Origin: Macrostomum lignano
Lineage: Eukaryota
Direction: 5' to 3'
NCBI GenBank assembly: GCA_002269645.1
Contig: NIVC01003976.1
Location: 1 to 64,000, forward strand
Length of the DNA stretch: 64,000 nt
Under the pieces are notes generated by a model. That model was not told the DNA's origin and searched no databases. It saw only the letters and a list, made by a program, of their open reading frames with translations. The translations under genes and the position numbers were made by a program. This document shows positions 22,301 through 35,700 of the stretch, in pieces; within the stretch, counting starts at the first letter, position 1; every line of letters begins with the position of its first letter.

Positions 22301-23959
22301 ACTGAGCTGGCACCTCTCAAACATAGACGCCCCTACGGTCATTCAGTCCAATGTAAAAGCTTAGCTGCACATTCGCTCCTGAAACCCCGCTGCATGCGTC
22401 AATCACTGGAGCGATCTCACGGTTTTTAGGCAACTCAAGTAGAATTTGCAGCAGCAGCATACTTAGCATGCTATTGATTATTTTATCGCTACAACTTAGC
22501 AGTATAGAGCCTATTAGCCCCACATCAATTCTTAAAATATGCTGCAGCAGACTCATGGCTTTCTCGATCGTTGATTTTAAGCCGTTTAGCTGTTTTCGGC
22601 CCACCTGCTCGTTCTCACACTGAGCTGCTTGTCGTGCTGCCCGTCAGAGCGGGTCAGATTAAAGTTTTGTTAATTTTTCGAGAACCTGGGCTAGCTCCGT
22701 AAAATACATTAACGTATTGGTTGATTGAATACATAAATCAGCTGGCTTAGTCAATAAAATGCAACTGTGCTGATGCTTCGATTGGTGCATCACGAGAGCA
22801 TTACGAGAGCAATAAAAGCTCGAGTGTACTTTGTTCGTTGTTTGTTTTATTAAATGCCGATTTTAAAGTGCCGACGGCGTCGAGGTGATGACTGAATGCT
22901 TGAGAGACTAGTTGAGGATGTCCGACAGTCGAGGCTTGATCAGCGAAACTAGAGAAATTCGCATCAGGGTGTTCATGGTCAACTGCATGGTGCCACCTGT
23001 TGAAGGTCTAGAAGCTCCGCCTGGGTGAAGGCCAGTGACCAACAAAGTCAGAGCTGATGCAGATACATGTGTTCGACGTGCTGATGAAGTTTGGAGGCTT
23101 GGCAAGACTCACTGAGGCGCAGTGCTGATTGGCGCTCAGGGTTGTACTGGATACACTAACGCTAATGAAAAAAAGCGACCTTCTGGCAGAATAATCGAAT
23201 ATCTCGACGGTTCGGTGGGCTGGCGACTTGATTCTTGTTTGAGAAGGTGCGCAACAAAAAGCTAGCCCGTGTTCTTGAATTTCGTGAGTCTGCGTTGCTC
23301 CGTTCCGGCGCAGCAAAAAAATTGTCAGGGGGAATTCCCCCCTCTTGGTTCGACGATCGGAAAAATCGCTTAGTCCTACTGTAAATAATATTATAGTGGG
23401 CACGAATAATATCGTATCTTCTTACTCGTATTAATAGTAATTGAACATATTACGCTTGCCAATCAGCAATTTATTTTTGTTATCAAGGTTTCTTATTTTT
23501 GTTTAAATTTCTTTTCTTATAAACACTATCATTATTTGTTTTACCGTGCCCCAACTAATAATAAGTTCAACTGTCCGCCTCAAATTTTGTGAAAGCCGTG
23601 AGGACTCAAAAATACAAGCCGTGAAGGCTAAAACGTAGGGTTAGGAATTAGGAACTTAGGCGAAATAGCAAATTTAGGAAAGACTAGCAATCTAGTGCGG
23701 CCCCCCTTCGGGGCGCCCAATAAGAAAGGAGCAAAAATAGTTCATGGAAAACAATAAAAAAACACATTTTCTTAAACACTAATTCCTTCTTCACATTTTA
23801 AAAATCACCTTATTCGTGTAAAATTGTCACGGACTAAGATGTTTGCAAAATTAAAAAATCACTTTTTCTCTAAAATTAACAAACAGTCAACAAAATATCG
23901 TTTCCCTAAATAGAAAATATTCCCAAGACAGCAAGCAACCCCCTCCAAAAGTGAACAAT

Positions 23960-24200
23960 CGCAGATAGCAAGCATCCTCTAATGCTCATAGCAAGAATCA
24001 CCACAGATAGCAAGCATCTGCAGATTAGCAAGCACCCCCCAGATATTATAGAAGCATCCACCCAGATAGCAAGCATCCACCCAGATAGCAAGCATCCTGC
24101 AGATAGCAAGCACCCCCCAGATATTATAGAAGCATCCACCCAGATAGCAAGCATCCACCCAGATAGCAAGCATCCTGCAGATAGCAAGAATCCCTAAATA
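23960..24200. repeat. GATAGCAAGCATCC-based degenerate repeat
   Basis: Repeated motif with a duplicated ~78-bp block. Confidence 0.8.
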
Positions 24201-24429
24201 GCAAGCATACCTGGATTGAAAGAATCCCATGCATGTAGCCAGCACCCCCTCTCCCAAATAGCAAGTATCCCCCCTCGAGAGCAAGCATCCACGAGACAGC
24301 AAGTAGCTAGTGCAAATGTTACTTCCGCTAATGCAATAATCGCTTTCTCAGGTTGTGCAACAATCCACGTCTCAGCGAGCGCAATAATCTCTTTTTTAGA
24401 CAGCGCAGTAATCAGCTTCTCAGCTAGTG

Positions 24430-27190
24430 CAATAATCCTTGGTTTATTAATAGCAATAATCCTTGATTAATCAAGTGCAATAATCCTTGGTTTATCAAGT
24501 GCAATAATCCTTGGTTTATCAAGTGCAGTAATCTTTGGCTTATAAAGTGCAATAATCCTTGGTTTATCAAGTGCAATAATCCTTTGTTTATCAAGTGCAA
24601 TAATCCTTGGTTTATCAAGTGCAATAATCCTTTGTTTATCAAGTGCAATAATCCTTGGTTTATTAAGTGCAATAATCCTTGGTTTATCAAGTGCAATAAT
24701 CCTTGGTTTATCTAGCGCAGTAATCCTTGGCTTATCAAGTGCAATAATCCTTGGTTTATCAAGTGCAATATTTGTTTATCAAGTGCAATAATCCTTGGTT
24801 TATCAAGTGAAATAATCCTTGGTTTATCAAGTGCAATAATCATTGGCTTATCAAGTGCAATAATCCTTGGTTTATCAAGTGCAATAATCCTTGGTTTATC
24901 AAGCGCAGTAATCCTTGGCCTATCAAGTGCAATAACCCTTGGCTTATCGAGTGCAGTAATCCTTGGTTTGCCAAGAGCAATAATCCTTGGTTTATCGAGT
25001 GCAGTAATCCTTAGTTTTCCAAGTGCAGTAATCCTTGGTTTATTAAGAGCAATAATCCTTGGCTTATCGAGTGCAGTAATCCTTGGTTTGCCAAGAGCAA
25101 TAATCCTTGGTTTATCGAGTGCAGTAATCCTTAGTTTTCCAAGTGCAGTAGTCCTTGGTTTATTAATAGCAATAATCCTTGAATAATCCAGTGCATTAAT
25201 CTCTGGCTTATCAAGTGCAACATTCTTTACTATCAAGTGCAATAATCCATGGCTTATCAAGCGCTGTAATCCTTGGCTTATCAAGTGCAATAATCCTTGG
25301 TTTATCAAGTGCAATAATCCTTTGTTTATCAAGTGCAATAATCCTTGGTTTATCAAGTGCAATAATCCTTGGTTTATCAAGTGCAATAATCCTTGGTTTA
25401 ACAAGTGCAATAACCCTTGGTTTATCAAGTGCAATAATCCTTGGTTTATCAAGTGCAATAATCCTTTGTTTATCAAGTGCAATAATCCTTGGTTTATCAA
25501 GTGCAATAATCCTTGGTTTATCAAGTGCAATAATCCTTGGTTTATCAAGCGCAGTAATCTTTGGCCTATCAAGTGCAATAATCCTTGGTTTATCAAGTGC
25601 AGTAATCCTTGGCCTATCAAGTGCAATAATCCTTGGTTTATCAAGTGCAGTAATCCTTGGCCTATCAAGTGCAAGAATCCTTGGTTTATCAAGTGCAATA
25701 ATCCTTGGTTTATTAAGTGCAATAATCCTTGGTTTATCAAGTGCAATAATCCTTGGTTTATCAAGTGCAATAATCCTTGGTTTATCAAGTGCAATAATCC
25801 TTGGTTTATCAAGTGCAATAATCCTTGGTTTATCAAGTGCAATAATCCTTGGTTTATCAAGTGCAATAATCCTTGGTTTATCAAGCGCAGTAATCCTTGG
25901 CCTATCAAGTGCAATAACCCTTGGCTTATCGAGTGCAGTAATCCTTGGTTTGCCAAGAGCAATAATCCTTGGTTTATCGAGTGCAGTAATCCTTAGTTTT
26001 CCAAGTGCAGTAATCCTTGGTTTATTAAGAGCAATAATCCTTGGCTTATCGAGTGCAGTAATCCTTGGTTTGCCAAGAGCAATAATCCTTGGTTTATCGA
26101 GTGCAGTAATCCTTAGTTTTCCAAGTGCAGTAGTCCTTGGTTTATTAATAGCAATAATCCTTGAATAATCCAGTGCATTAATATCTGGCTTATCAAGTGC
26201 AACATTCTTTACTATCAAGTGCAATAATCCATGGCTTATCAAGCGCTGTAATCCTTGGCTTATCAAGTGCAATAATCCTTGGTTTATCAAGTGCAATAAT
26301 CCTTTGTTTATCAAGTGCAATAATCCTTGGTTTATCAAGTGCAATAATCCTTGGTTTATCAAGTGCAATAATCCTTGGTTTAACAAGTGCAATAACCCTT
26401 GGTTTATCAAGTGCAATAATCCTTGGTTTATCAAGTGCAATAATCCTTTGTTTATCAAGTGCAATAATCCTTGGTTTATCAAGTGCAATAATCCTTGGTT
26501 TATCAAGTGCAATAATCCTTGGTTTATCAAGCGCAGTAATCTTTGGCCTATCAAGTGCAATAATCCTTGGTTTATCAAGTGCAGTAATCCTTGGCCTATC
26601 AAGTGCAATAATCCTTGGTTTATCAAGTGCAGTAATCCTTGGCCTATCAAGTGCAAGAATCCTTGGTTTATCAAGTGCAATAATCCTTGGTTTATTAAGT
26701 GCAATAATCCTTGGTTTATCAAGTGCAATAATCCTTGGTTTATCAAGTGCAATAATCCTTGGTTTATCAAGTGCAATAATCCTTGGTTTATCAAGTGCAA
26801 TAATCCTTGGTTTATCAAGTGCAATAATCCTTGGTTTATCAAGTGCAATAATCCTTGGTTTATCAAGCGCAGTAATCTTTGGCCTATCAAGTGCAATAAT
26901 CCTTGGTTTATCAAGTGCAGTAATCCTTGGCCTATCAAGTGCAATAATCCTTGGTTTATCAAGTGCAATAATCCTTGGTTTATCAAGTGCAATAATCCTT
27001 GGTTTATCAAGCGCAGTAATCTTTGGCCTATCAAGTGCAATAATCCTTGGTTTATCAAGTGCAGTAATCCTTGGTTTATTAAGTGCAATAATCCTTGGTT
27101 TATCAAGTGCAATAATCCTTGGTTTATCAAGTGCAGTAATCCTTGGTTTATTAATAGCAATAATCCTTGGCTTATCGAGTGCAGTAATCT
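24430..27190. repeat. 24-bp satellite (ATCAAGTGCAATAATCCTTGGTTT) with a ~982-bp higher-order duplication
   Basis: About 115 units. Diagnostic variant blocks recur with 982-bp spacing (25215 vs 26197). The array generates the 8-aa periodic ORFs LHLINQGL/DKPRIIAL. Confidence 0.98.
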
Positions 27191-27263
27191 AAGTGTTTTT
27201 ATTTAGTCCTTTAATAAAATCTTTTAATAAAAATTTTTACACTACTACTTTTAAACTACTTAG

Positions 27264-27857
27264 ATTCGAACCTAGGTCGCTGCATTAGCAGTCTGGTCTG
27301 TTCAGCTCTAGGCTAGCTCTCATCGAAGTTATCAGTGATGTTGTACCACTTATATAATTCAACACTCACACCAAGTTAGGTAGAGTAAAAAGTCTCACGA
27401 AGCAGTTATGACATAATCAATTTCTTAGGCAAGTCAGTACCAGTGTCTATGAAAGTTTACAATATGGTTACGTAATATAAATTCAGTACTGCGCTATGCT
27501 TTCACACTCAAAGCTGTGACGCAATTCAATTGAGTGTCAAATTCAGCCAGTACACAGACGATAAATAAAGTGTATTGTGATGCAATCTATTTCAGAATCA
27601 GAATTCAACCAGTCAGTTTTTCTGCTAGCATTCTTACGATGCATTTCAAGTCGAAAGAGCTACTTGACCTTTGCAAAAAAGCATGTTTTTCGAATATTTA
27701 ATCCCTTTAGCATCGAGCAATTTCTTAGCCACGATGCATGTACCGTCCCAGGAAAATTTCTGATCGAATGGTGCAAGTTTGAAGAAAATCGGTTGAGCCA
27801 ATTTTTCTGAAATCTATCACACACACATATACCGACAGACCATTTTTAGTATATGGA
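27264..27857 (+). mobile_element. Interspersed repeat copy 1 (unclassified; possibly non-autonomous Helitron-like)
   Basis: Clearly homologous, with scattered mismatches, to 30449-30988. Ends in ACAGACCATTTTTAGTATATGGACTAG. Confidence 0.5.
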
Positions 27858-28844
27858 CTAGCAATCTACGCCCCCCGTTGGGGAGCCAAAGAAATGCAAG
27901 ACACGTTTTTTTAATAAGCTACATGTATCCTTGAAATCTTAAAAAATCTCCTGTCAAACCTTGTAAGCCTTGACATGTCAGTAATTCCCCCCACAAGCTT
28001 TAAAATATCAACTCCCCCCCTTGACATCTCAGCAATGCCCCCAATAAGCCTTGGAACCCAAAAAAATCAACCTTAACCCAAGCCTAACCCTAACCCTAAC
28101 CTAACCCTAAAGCATTGAAATTTCAGTAATAATTCTCTCTAAGAGTCATTATAGCACTACTACAGCATTATAGCGATTCCCTGCAAGCCTCGACATCGTA
28201 GGGATTCCCAAATGAATCTCTTAACTTCGACATGAAGCTTCTTTTATTTTTTACATTACGCTTTTTTTTATCAGCGATCCCTCCCCTGAGGAGGCAGCAA
28301 ATAATGTAATAAAATTTTTTTCAATAAACTACATGTAGCTTCTGACTTTAGCCTTGAAATCTCATTTATACCCCCGTGAGCCTTGACATCTCAGCTATTC
28401 CCCCCGTAAGCCTTAACATGTCAGCGATGGCCCCCATAAACCTAGCAATTCCCAAATGAATCTTTTAACTTCGACATGACTTTTCTTTTATGTATACGTA
28501 GTGCTACTTTTATTTTCTACATGACTTTTCTTCTATCAGCGCCCCCCGTGGCGAGCCAACAAAGAATGCAATAAAAAATTGAGTAAAGTACATGAACTTT
28601 GAAGTAGCTTCTGACTTTTGCTTTGACATCACAGAAACCCCCCCCCCGTAATCTCAGTTATTCTCTGAGAGCCTTGACGTCTCAGTTTTTCTCCCCAGCA
28701 CAGCATTATGGCTGCATTTAATTTTTACATGACACCTTTCATGTCTGACATGATGCTTCTTTTATTCTACCATGATGCTTCTTAATTTTTTTAATGACAC
28801 TTTCATTAGTTTTTAAATAAGGCTTCTATGATTTTTTCTTGACG

Positions 28845-30380
28845 CTTCTATGATTTTTTACATGACGCTTCTATGATTGTTTACATGACGCCTCTATGAT
28901 TGTTTACATGACGCTTCTATGACATTTTACATGACGCTTCTACGATTTTTTACATGACGCTTCTATGATTGTTTACATGACGCTCCTATGATTTTTTTAC
29001 ATGACGCTTCTATGATTTTTTACATGACGCTTCTATGATTTTTTACATGACGCTTCTATGATTTTTTTGCATGACGCTTCTATGATTTTTTACATAACGC
29101 TTCTATGATTTGTACATGACGCTTCTATGATTGTTTACATGACGCTTCTATGATATTTTACATGACGCTTCTACGATTTTTTACATGACGCTTCTATGAC
29201 TGTTTACATGACGCTCCTATGATTTTTTAAATGACGCTTCTATGATTGTTTACATGACGCTTCTATGATTTTTTAAATGAAGCTTCTATGACATTTTACA
29301 TGACGCTTCTATGATTGTTTACATGACGCTTCTATGATTTTTTACATGACGCTTCTATGATTGTTATATGACGCTTCTACGATTTTTTACATGACGCTTT
29401 TATGATTGTTTACATGACGCTTCTATGACATTTTACATGACGCTTCTACGATTTTTTACATGACGCTTGTATGATTTTTACATGACGCCTCTATGATTGT
29501 TTACATGACGCTTCTATGATTTTTTACATGACGCTTCTATGATTGTTATATGACGCTTCTACGATTTTTTACATGACGCTTTTATGATTGTTTACATGAC
29601 GCTCCTATGATTTTTTTACATGACGCTTCTATGATTTTTTACATGACGCTTGTATGATTTTTACATGACGCCTCTATGATTGTTTACATGACGCTTCTAT
29701 GACATTTTACATGACGCTTCTACGATTTTTTACATGACGCTTCTATGATTGTTTACATGACGCTTCTATGATTTGTACACGACGCTTCTATGATTGTTTA
29801 CATGACGCTTCTATGATATTTTACATGACGCTTCTACGATTTTTTACATGACGCTTCTATGATTGTTTACATGACGCTCCTATGATTTTTTACATGACGC
29901 TTCTATGATTTTTTTCATGACGCTTCTATGATTGTTTACATGACGCTTCTATTATTTTTTACATGACGCTTCTATGACTTTTCATGGCGCTTCTATGATT
30001 TTTTACATGACGCTTCTATGATTGTTATATGACGCTTTTATGATTTTTTACATGACGCTTCTATGATTGTTTACATGACGCTTCTCTGATTTTTTACATG
30101 ACGCTTCTATAATTTTTTACATGACGCTTCTATGATTGTTTAAATGACGCTTCTCTGATTGTTTACATGACGCTTCTATGATTTTTATATGACGCTTCTA
30201 TGATTGTTTACATGACGCTTCTATGATTGTTTACATGACGCTTCTATGATTTTTTACATGACGCTTCTATGATTGTTTACATGACGCTTCTATGATTTTT
30301 TACATGACGCATCTATGATTTTTATATGACGCTACTATGATTTTTTATATGACGCTTCTATGATTTTTACATGACGCTTC
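28845..30380. repeat. 21-22-bp minisatellite (TTTTTACATGACGCTTCTATGA)
   Basis: About 70 tandem units. Confidence 0.97.
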
Positions 30381-30448
30381 TTTTTAAAAAGTCTTTTAGT
30401 TTTCCTGACGTTGAAAAGCTTTAATTAAAAAAATTATACTCTATGAAA

Positions 30449-30988
30449 ATTCGAACCATCGTCGCTGCATTTAGCAGTTCAGTTTGTTCACCTCTAGGCT
30501 AGCTCTCATCGTTTTGATAACATCAAATTTTGCAGTTATATAATTCAACACTTGAAAATCCAAGCATAGAGTAAATCACACGAAGCAGTTATGACATAAT
30601 CAGTTTCTCAGTCAGTCAGTATCAGTTAACAATATGGTTACGCAATTTAAATCAAGTCTGGTGCTACGCTTCCACACTGCATTTTCAATTCAAGTCGGAG
30701 TTACAATTAAGTTATGATGCAATCTATTTCAGAATCAGAATTCAACCAGTCAGTTTTTTCTCTAGCATTCTTACAATGCATTTCAAGTCGAAAAGTTTGC
30801 TTGACCTTTGCAAAAAAGCATGTTTTTCGAATATTTAATGCCTTTAGCATCGAGCAATTTCTTAGCCACGATGCATGTACAGTCACGGGAAAATTTCTGA
30901 TCGAACAGTGCTAGTTCGAACAAAATCGGTCCAGCCATTTTTTCTCTAATCGATCACATAGACACAGACAGACCATTTTTAGTATATA
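30449..30988 (+). mobile_element. Interspersed repeat copy 2 (direct repeat of 27264-27857)
   Basis: Shared TGATGCAATCTATTTCAGAATCAGAATTCAACCAGTCAG...GACCATTTTTAGTATAT. Confidence 0.5.
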
Positions 30989-31149
30989 CGAGTGGAACTC
31001 CTCCTTCGGAGGAGAAAGGGGAAGAACTCCCATCACCGGAATTCCATTCCCTGTAATATCCATCAACTGAAATTCCATGTCTTTAACCCTATCTTCCAAA
31101 TCGTCTCCAAATTCTTTACAAAATCTTTCAAAGACCATAGCTCAAAGAC

Positions 31150-31860
31150 TCTCAAGTCTCTCATATCTCCTCTCTCCTCTCTCTCATCTCATCTCTACCC
31201 CTGCTCCCTTATTTATCTCTTCTCCCTCGTCTTTCGTCTGTACCTTCTCCTGTCTTCTGTCTCCTCTCTTCACTCTTATCTCTCCCTCTTCTCTCCTCTC
31301 TCATATGTCATCTCTACTCACTTATCTATCGTCTCTCTTAACCCTCTCTCTCTCTTCTCTTTTCTCTTCTCTCTGCTCTCATTTCTCATATTTCATATAC
31401 GCTCTGACACTACTTTCTTGTCTCCCATCTTTCTTCCTCCTTTCCACTATCCCCTGTCTCTTCTCTTCTCTCTTTTCTATTCTCTCCATTCTCTCTTTTC
31501 TCCTTTCCTTGCTCCTTTCATCTCTCTCCTCTCTCCTCACTCTCTTCTCCTTTCGCTTCTCTCTCCTCTCTCTCCTCTCATCTTTACTACCTTATTTATA
31601 TCTTCTCCCTAGTCTTTCGTCTGTACTCTCTCCTGTCTCCTCTCTCCCCTGCTCTCTCATCCCTCATCTCCTCATCTCACTCTTTCTTTCTCCTCTACTC
31701 TCCCCTCTCTTCTATTGCCTCTGTACGCTCTTATCCCTCATCTATTCTCTCTCCTATCATCTCCAATCTGTCATGTCTAATATCTCCACTCAATTATACT
31801 CTGTTTTCTATCATCTCTTCTCTCTTCTCTTTTCAGTCTTCTCTTTACTCTCTTCTCTGA
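31150..31860. repeat. CT-rich polypyrimidine low-complexity tract
   Basis: About 700 bp almost entirely C/T on the + strand. Confidence 0.9.
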
Positions 31861-31899
31861 CTGATTGAAGATGCCAAATCCATCAAGATCCTCTCCGCG

Positions 31900-32200
31900 A
31901 AGCAAAAATCCTGTCTGTGCAACTAAAAACCATCGAAATCCTCTCAGTGAAACTGGACTCCTTCGAAATCCTCTCCTTGAAACTTAAATCCATCAAAATT
32001 GTTTCCATAAAACAGAAATCAATCATAAATTATCTCCGCGAAACAGAAAGCCTCTCCGTGAAGCTGAACATGATCGAAATCCTCTCCGTGAAACTGAACA
32101 CCATGGAAATCCTTTCGTGAAACTGAACATCATCGAAATCCTCTCCACGAAACAGAAATCTTCTCCGTCAGAATTTAAACATTGAAATCGTCTCCGCTAA
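31900..32200. repeat. Degenerate repeat (ATCGAAATCCTCTCCGTGAAACTGAAC)
   Basis: About 8 diverged units. Confidence 0.7.
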
Positions 32201-32251
32201 ACTTGACTTAATCGAATTTTTTCCGTCAAACAACTCAACTCGCCAGATTCA

Positions 32252-32285
32252 TTAGGGTTAGGGTTAGGGTTAGGGTTAGGGTTAG
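32252..32285 (+). repeat. Short interstitial (TTAGGG)5 telomere-type repeat
   Basis: Five perfect TTAGGG units plus TTAG. Confidence 0.9.
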
Positions 32286-33539
32286 AACTACGCACAGCTT
32301 CGTGTTAAAAGGCACAGATAAAAATATTGAACTAATTGAATCAATTCATTGCGCAACCGATTTCACAGTCAGTCAGTATCAGCCTCAGGTAAAGTTAACA
32401 AAAACATTGCGCAATCTAAATCAACCCTCCAATACACAGCAGCAGTGAGAAGTTGAACCCTCCCCCCAACAATCTTTGCAGATTAAAGTACAATCTTTGC
32501 AGAAAGTTAAAAGTATGGAAATAGTTTTTCAAATGCGGTGCTTTTTCTTTTCATATTTAAAGCAAACAACTTATATCCCCGAACTCAGCGTTGCAAGATC
32601 TTGCCAGCAATATAAGTTTCTCCTCTCAAAGTTTAAAACTCGAGGAACAGTTAGCGTTTGAAACTGTCTGATTTATAGCATTGAAGTATCGAGTGTACGT
32701 TCACTGCCTGCTTGCAAGATGATGCATTGAATTTCAATGTCCAACAAATACACAGGACTGCCCATTGAAAGGCAGGAAAACTTATCAGTAGCCATATCAT
32801 TGCGCAATTATCTATAAAGTCAGCCAGTGAGCCAGGGTTGACAAATTGAAATCAAGAAATTTTCTATGACAAATTGCTCTGATGCAGTTGAGATTTCGGA
32901 ACAGAAAATTATACCATTCTGTTCAGTTTTTCAAACTCTTTCCAACGGTGTGATTCACTTTTCTGTAGCTTGAAAATTAAAAGCAGAAATTAAGGTGCAA
33001 GTTTTCCCGTTTCTTACTTGCAGAGCGCAATGTACACTCTGTGATGAGTTAAAAAAATCAAGCCATCCATTCTCGCGCAGTGTGCACCTCCACCCCTTTT
33101 TAACACTGAGCAAGTAGGCCGCCAATTCTCAAGTGCCGGCGACCCTCCCCCAGCTGAAATGAAATACACTGCAGAGATAGGAGAAAAGTTGTGGCGCAAC
33201 CATACAAAATAGCGTCAAGTGGGAAGTCCATGGAATGCGATATATAGACATCTGGTCTGGCTGTCTGGTTTGTGCTGTTTTCTGCTTTTTTGAAGCACTT
33301 AAAATTGAAATTTGAAAATGAATTTTAAATTGTAGCATCGTCGGGACATTTGACATGTTTTGGTACCGGTTTGAAAGTTGAGTTGCAAGAATCCTAGGAG
33401 GAGATCGTCGACAAACCCGGCCCACCGGCCCACCCTACCACCGGACCACGACGTCAGCTTTAGTATATAGAGGATTTAGGTGTTCAAACAAATTAAACAA
33501 TAATGCAGGGCTGCAGCATGATAGGGACATTCGTGGAAC

Positions 33540-35700
33540 TCGTGGAATTCGCTGAACACTTCGGACACGACCCACAGCGTTGACTCGTAGAAGGCGTCGG
33601 CCTTTTGTCTGGACTGCAGCCGTCGCAGGACGCGGTCTCCTGGCCGAATGTCGTGGTCTGCTGCCTTGGCCCCTTGGTCGGCGTAGCGCTTCATCTTCTT
33701 CTTGGGCTGCTGATCCTTGTCCTTAGTGGCTGCTCTCGTCACGTCCACCGGCTGCGAGTGCTGGAGGTTGGGGATCGTGTCGATGATCTGCCGCCCGAAC
33801 AGGAGGCTGGCGGGCGCGATCCCAGTAGCGCTGTGCGGAATGCGTCTGTACGCAGCCAGGTACTCGTCGATCGCTGCCGTCCAGTCCCTGCCTTCGGCCA
33901 CGGCCGCACGGATGGCCTTGTTGAGCCCCTGGTTGCACCTTTCCGTAGCGCCGTTGGCCTGTGGGTACAGCGGAGTGATCCGGTGGTGCCTGGCGCCTTG
34001 GTCCGCCAGGAAGCTGCTGAACTCGGCCGACGCGAAGGGCGGGCCGTTGTCGGTCGTCACTTTCATCGGCTGCCCAAAGATGCTGAACCAATTCCGCAGC
34101 ACGTGGACCAGTGGGAAGCGCGAGAAGTGGCCCGTGCAGACAAACAGCGACTTGCCGTTGACGGGCCCGAGAAAGTCCATGCCGAGCTCCAGCCAGGGCG
34201 CCGCCGGTAGTTCGGTCGGCTTGAGCGGCGTCGCCTTCGGCGTGGTCTCACGGGTGCAAATCTGGCAGCTTAGGCAAGCCGCCACGTGCGCCTCTACCGA
34301 TGCTGGGCCAACAGCAGACCTTGGCTTGCAGGCGATCCAGCGTCTTTCTGATGCCCTGGTGGCCTTGGTGCGCCAGCTGCAGGCACCGGTAGCGCAGTGC
34401 TGTAGGCATGAAGATCTGGCCCAGACGCAGCAGCAGGCCGTCGAGCTCGGACAACTCGTGAGCGACGCCGTGCAGCCCCTTCAGGTTCGGGTTGCTCTTG
34501 TCCCAGCGATGACAGCGGATGCCGTGAAGCGTAGCTTGGACTGTAGCATCTTGGTCGGAGGTCGCTTTGATGGTCACCAGGCTGATGGACATCGGCGTTG
34601 CCGCTTGGACTGCCGTGGCCACGTAGATGACGTCTTCTGTTCACCAACGTTGTTGGGCGGCATCGACAGCGGCTGGCGGCTCAAAACGTAGAACGGGTTG
34701 TTGGCGCCGGGCTGGTACACCATCTGGAACACGAGGTCTTGCAGCCGCAGTCCCATTCGCTCGATCCGTGGCGGTGGCCGTGATCCCGGCTGAACAGCGA
34801 GAACAGCGGCTTGTGGTCTGTGATGACCTTGAACTGTCCGCCGCCGCTGAGGTAGAGATAGAATTTCAGTCCGCCGTACTTCACCGCCAGGGCCTCACGC
34901 TCCGTTCCATCTGGGAGTTGCGCTGCTCCGTCGGGCTCAGGCTGCGGCTGGCGTAGACCACCGGCCGTGTCGATCTGTCCGGCTGCACCTGGGCTAGGAT
35001 GGCGCCGACGCCGGTCGGGCTGGCGTCTACGATCAGCTGGGTCTACAGTTCGCTGTTGAAGAATGTCAGCGCCTGGCTGCTGGAGATCGTGCGCTTGATG
35101 TCGTTGAAGGCGGCTTCCTGCTGCTCGCCCCATGTCCACTCGGTGGCTCGCTTCGTCACCTCCCGCAACAGCTGGTGGGCCTTATCGGACAGGTTGCTGA
35201 TGAAGCGGGCCACGAAGGTGACGAGGCCCAGGAAGGAGCGGACCTCGGACGCGTTGGTCGGCCGCTTGAAGTTGCGGATGGCCTCCACCTTCTCCTTGCT
35301 CGGGTGGATGCCGGCGGCCGTGAGTCGCATGGCGAGGAAGTTGCCCTCCCGCTGGGCGAACCGACACTTCTTGGCGTTCAGTGTGATTTTGTTCTCCTTT
35401 GGCCGAGCCAGACAGTCTCGAAGACGCTGATTGTGCTCCTTGATGTCCTTCGTGTACACCAGGATGTCGTCATACATCCACTTTACGCCCGGGAGGCCGT
35501 TCAGGACGGAGGTCGTCACCCGCTGCAGGATCTCCGAGGCGGACATGTACCGATGGGCGTGGAGAACATCAGCAGGTCCCTGGACTCTTTGGCGACTTCA
35601 ATTTGATTGAAGACTTTGGCGACGTCGAGCTCTGAGAAGTACACAGACCCGGCCATCACGTCCCTCACCTCCTCCGCCAATCATGTGCGGCCACGTTGGT
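33540..35700 (-). pseudogene. Decayed Ty3/Gypsy pol fragment (RT, RNase H, integrase)
   Basis: RT: SVYFSELDVAKVFNQI and VKWMYDDILVY...KCRF. RNase H: LIVDASPTGVGAILAQ, EREALAVKYG and VITDHKPL. Integrase: HQGHQG...C..C, MDFLGP, TTDNGPPF and PQANGATER. The RT-RH-INT order is Gypsy-type. Multiple frameshifts, internal deletions, no gag or paired LTRs. Confidence 0.92.

Noticed and set aside
22317-23403. Short minus-strand ORFs with moderate GC
   Set aside because: No recognisable motif or consistent splice model. Possibly a decayed element.
24424-27206. Long ORFs (up to 649 aa) on both strands
   Set aside because: They result from a 24-bp stop-free repeat unit and are open in several frames. 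The same applies to the ORFs at 59-691, 2392-3144, 7460-7937, 8559-9953, 56927-57132 and 57894-58309.
33605-35606. Plus-strand ORFs of 143-324 aa over the Gypsy region
   Set aside because: Antisense shadow frames of GC-rich pol sequence. The same applies to 3314-4425, 39281-40287 and 50719-51893.
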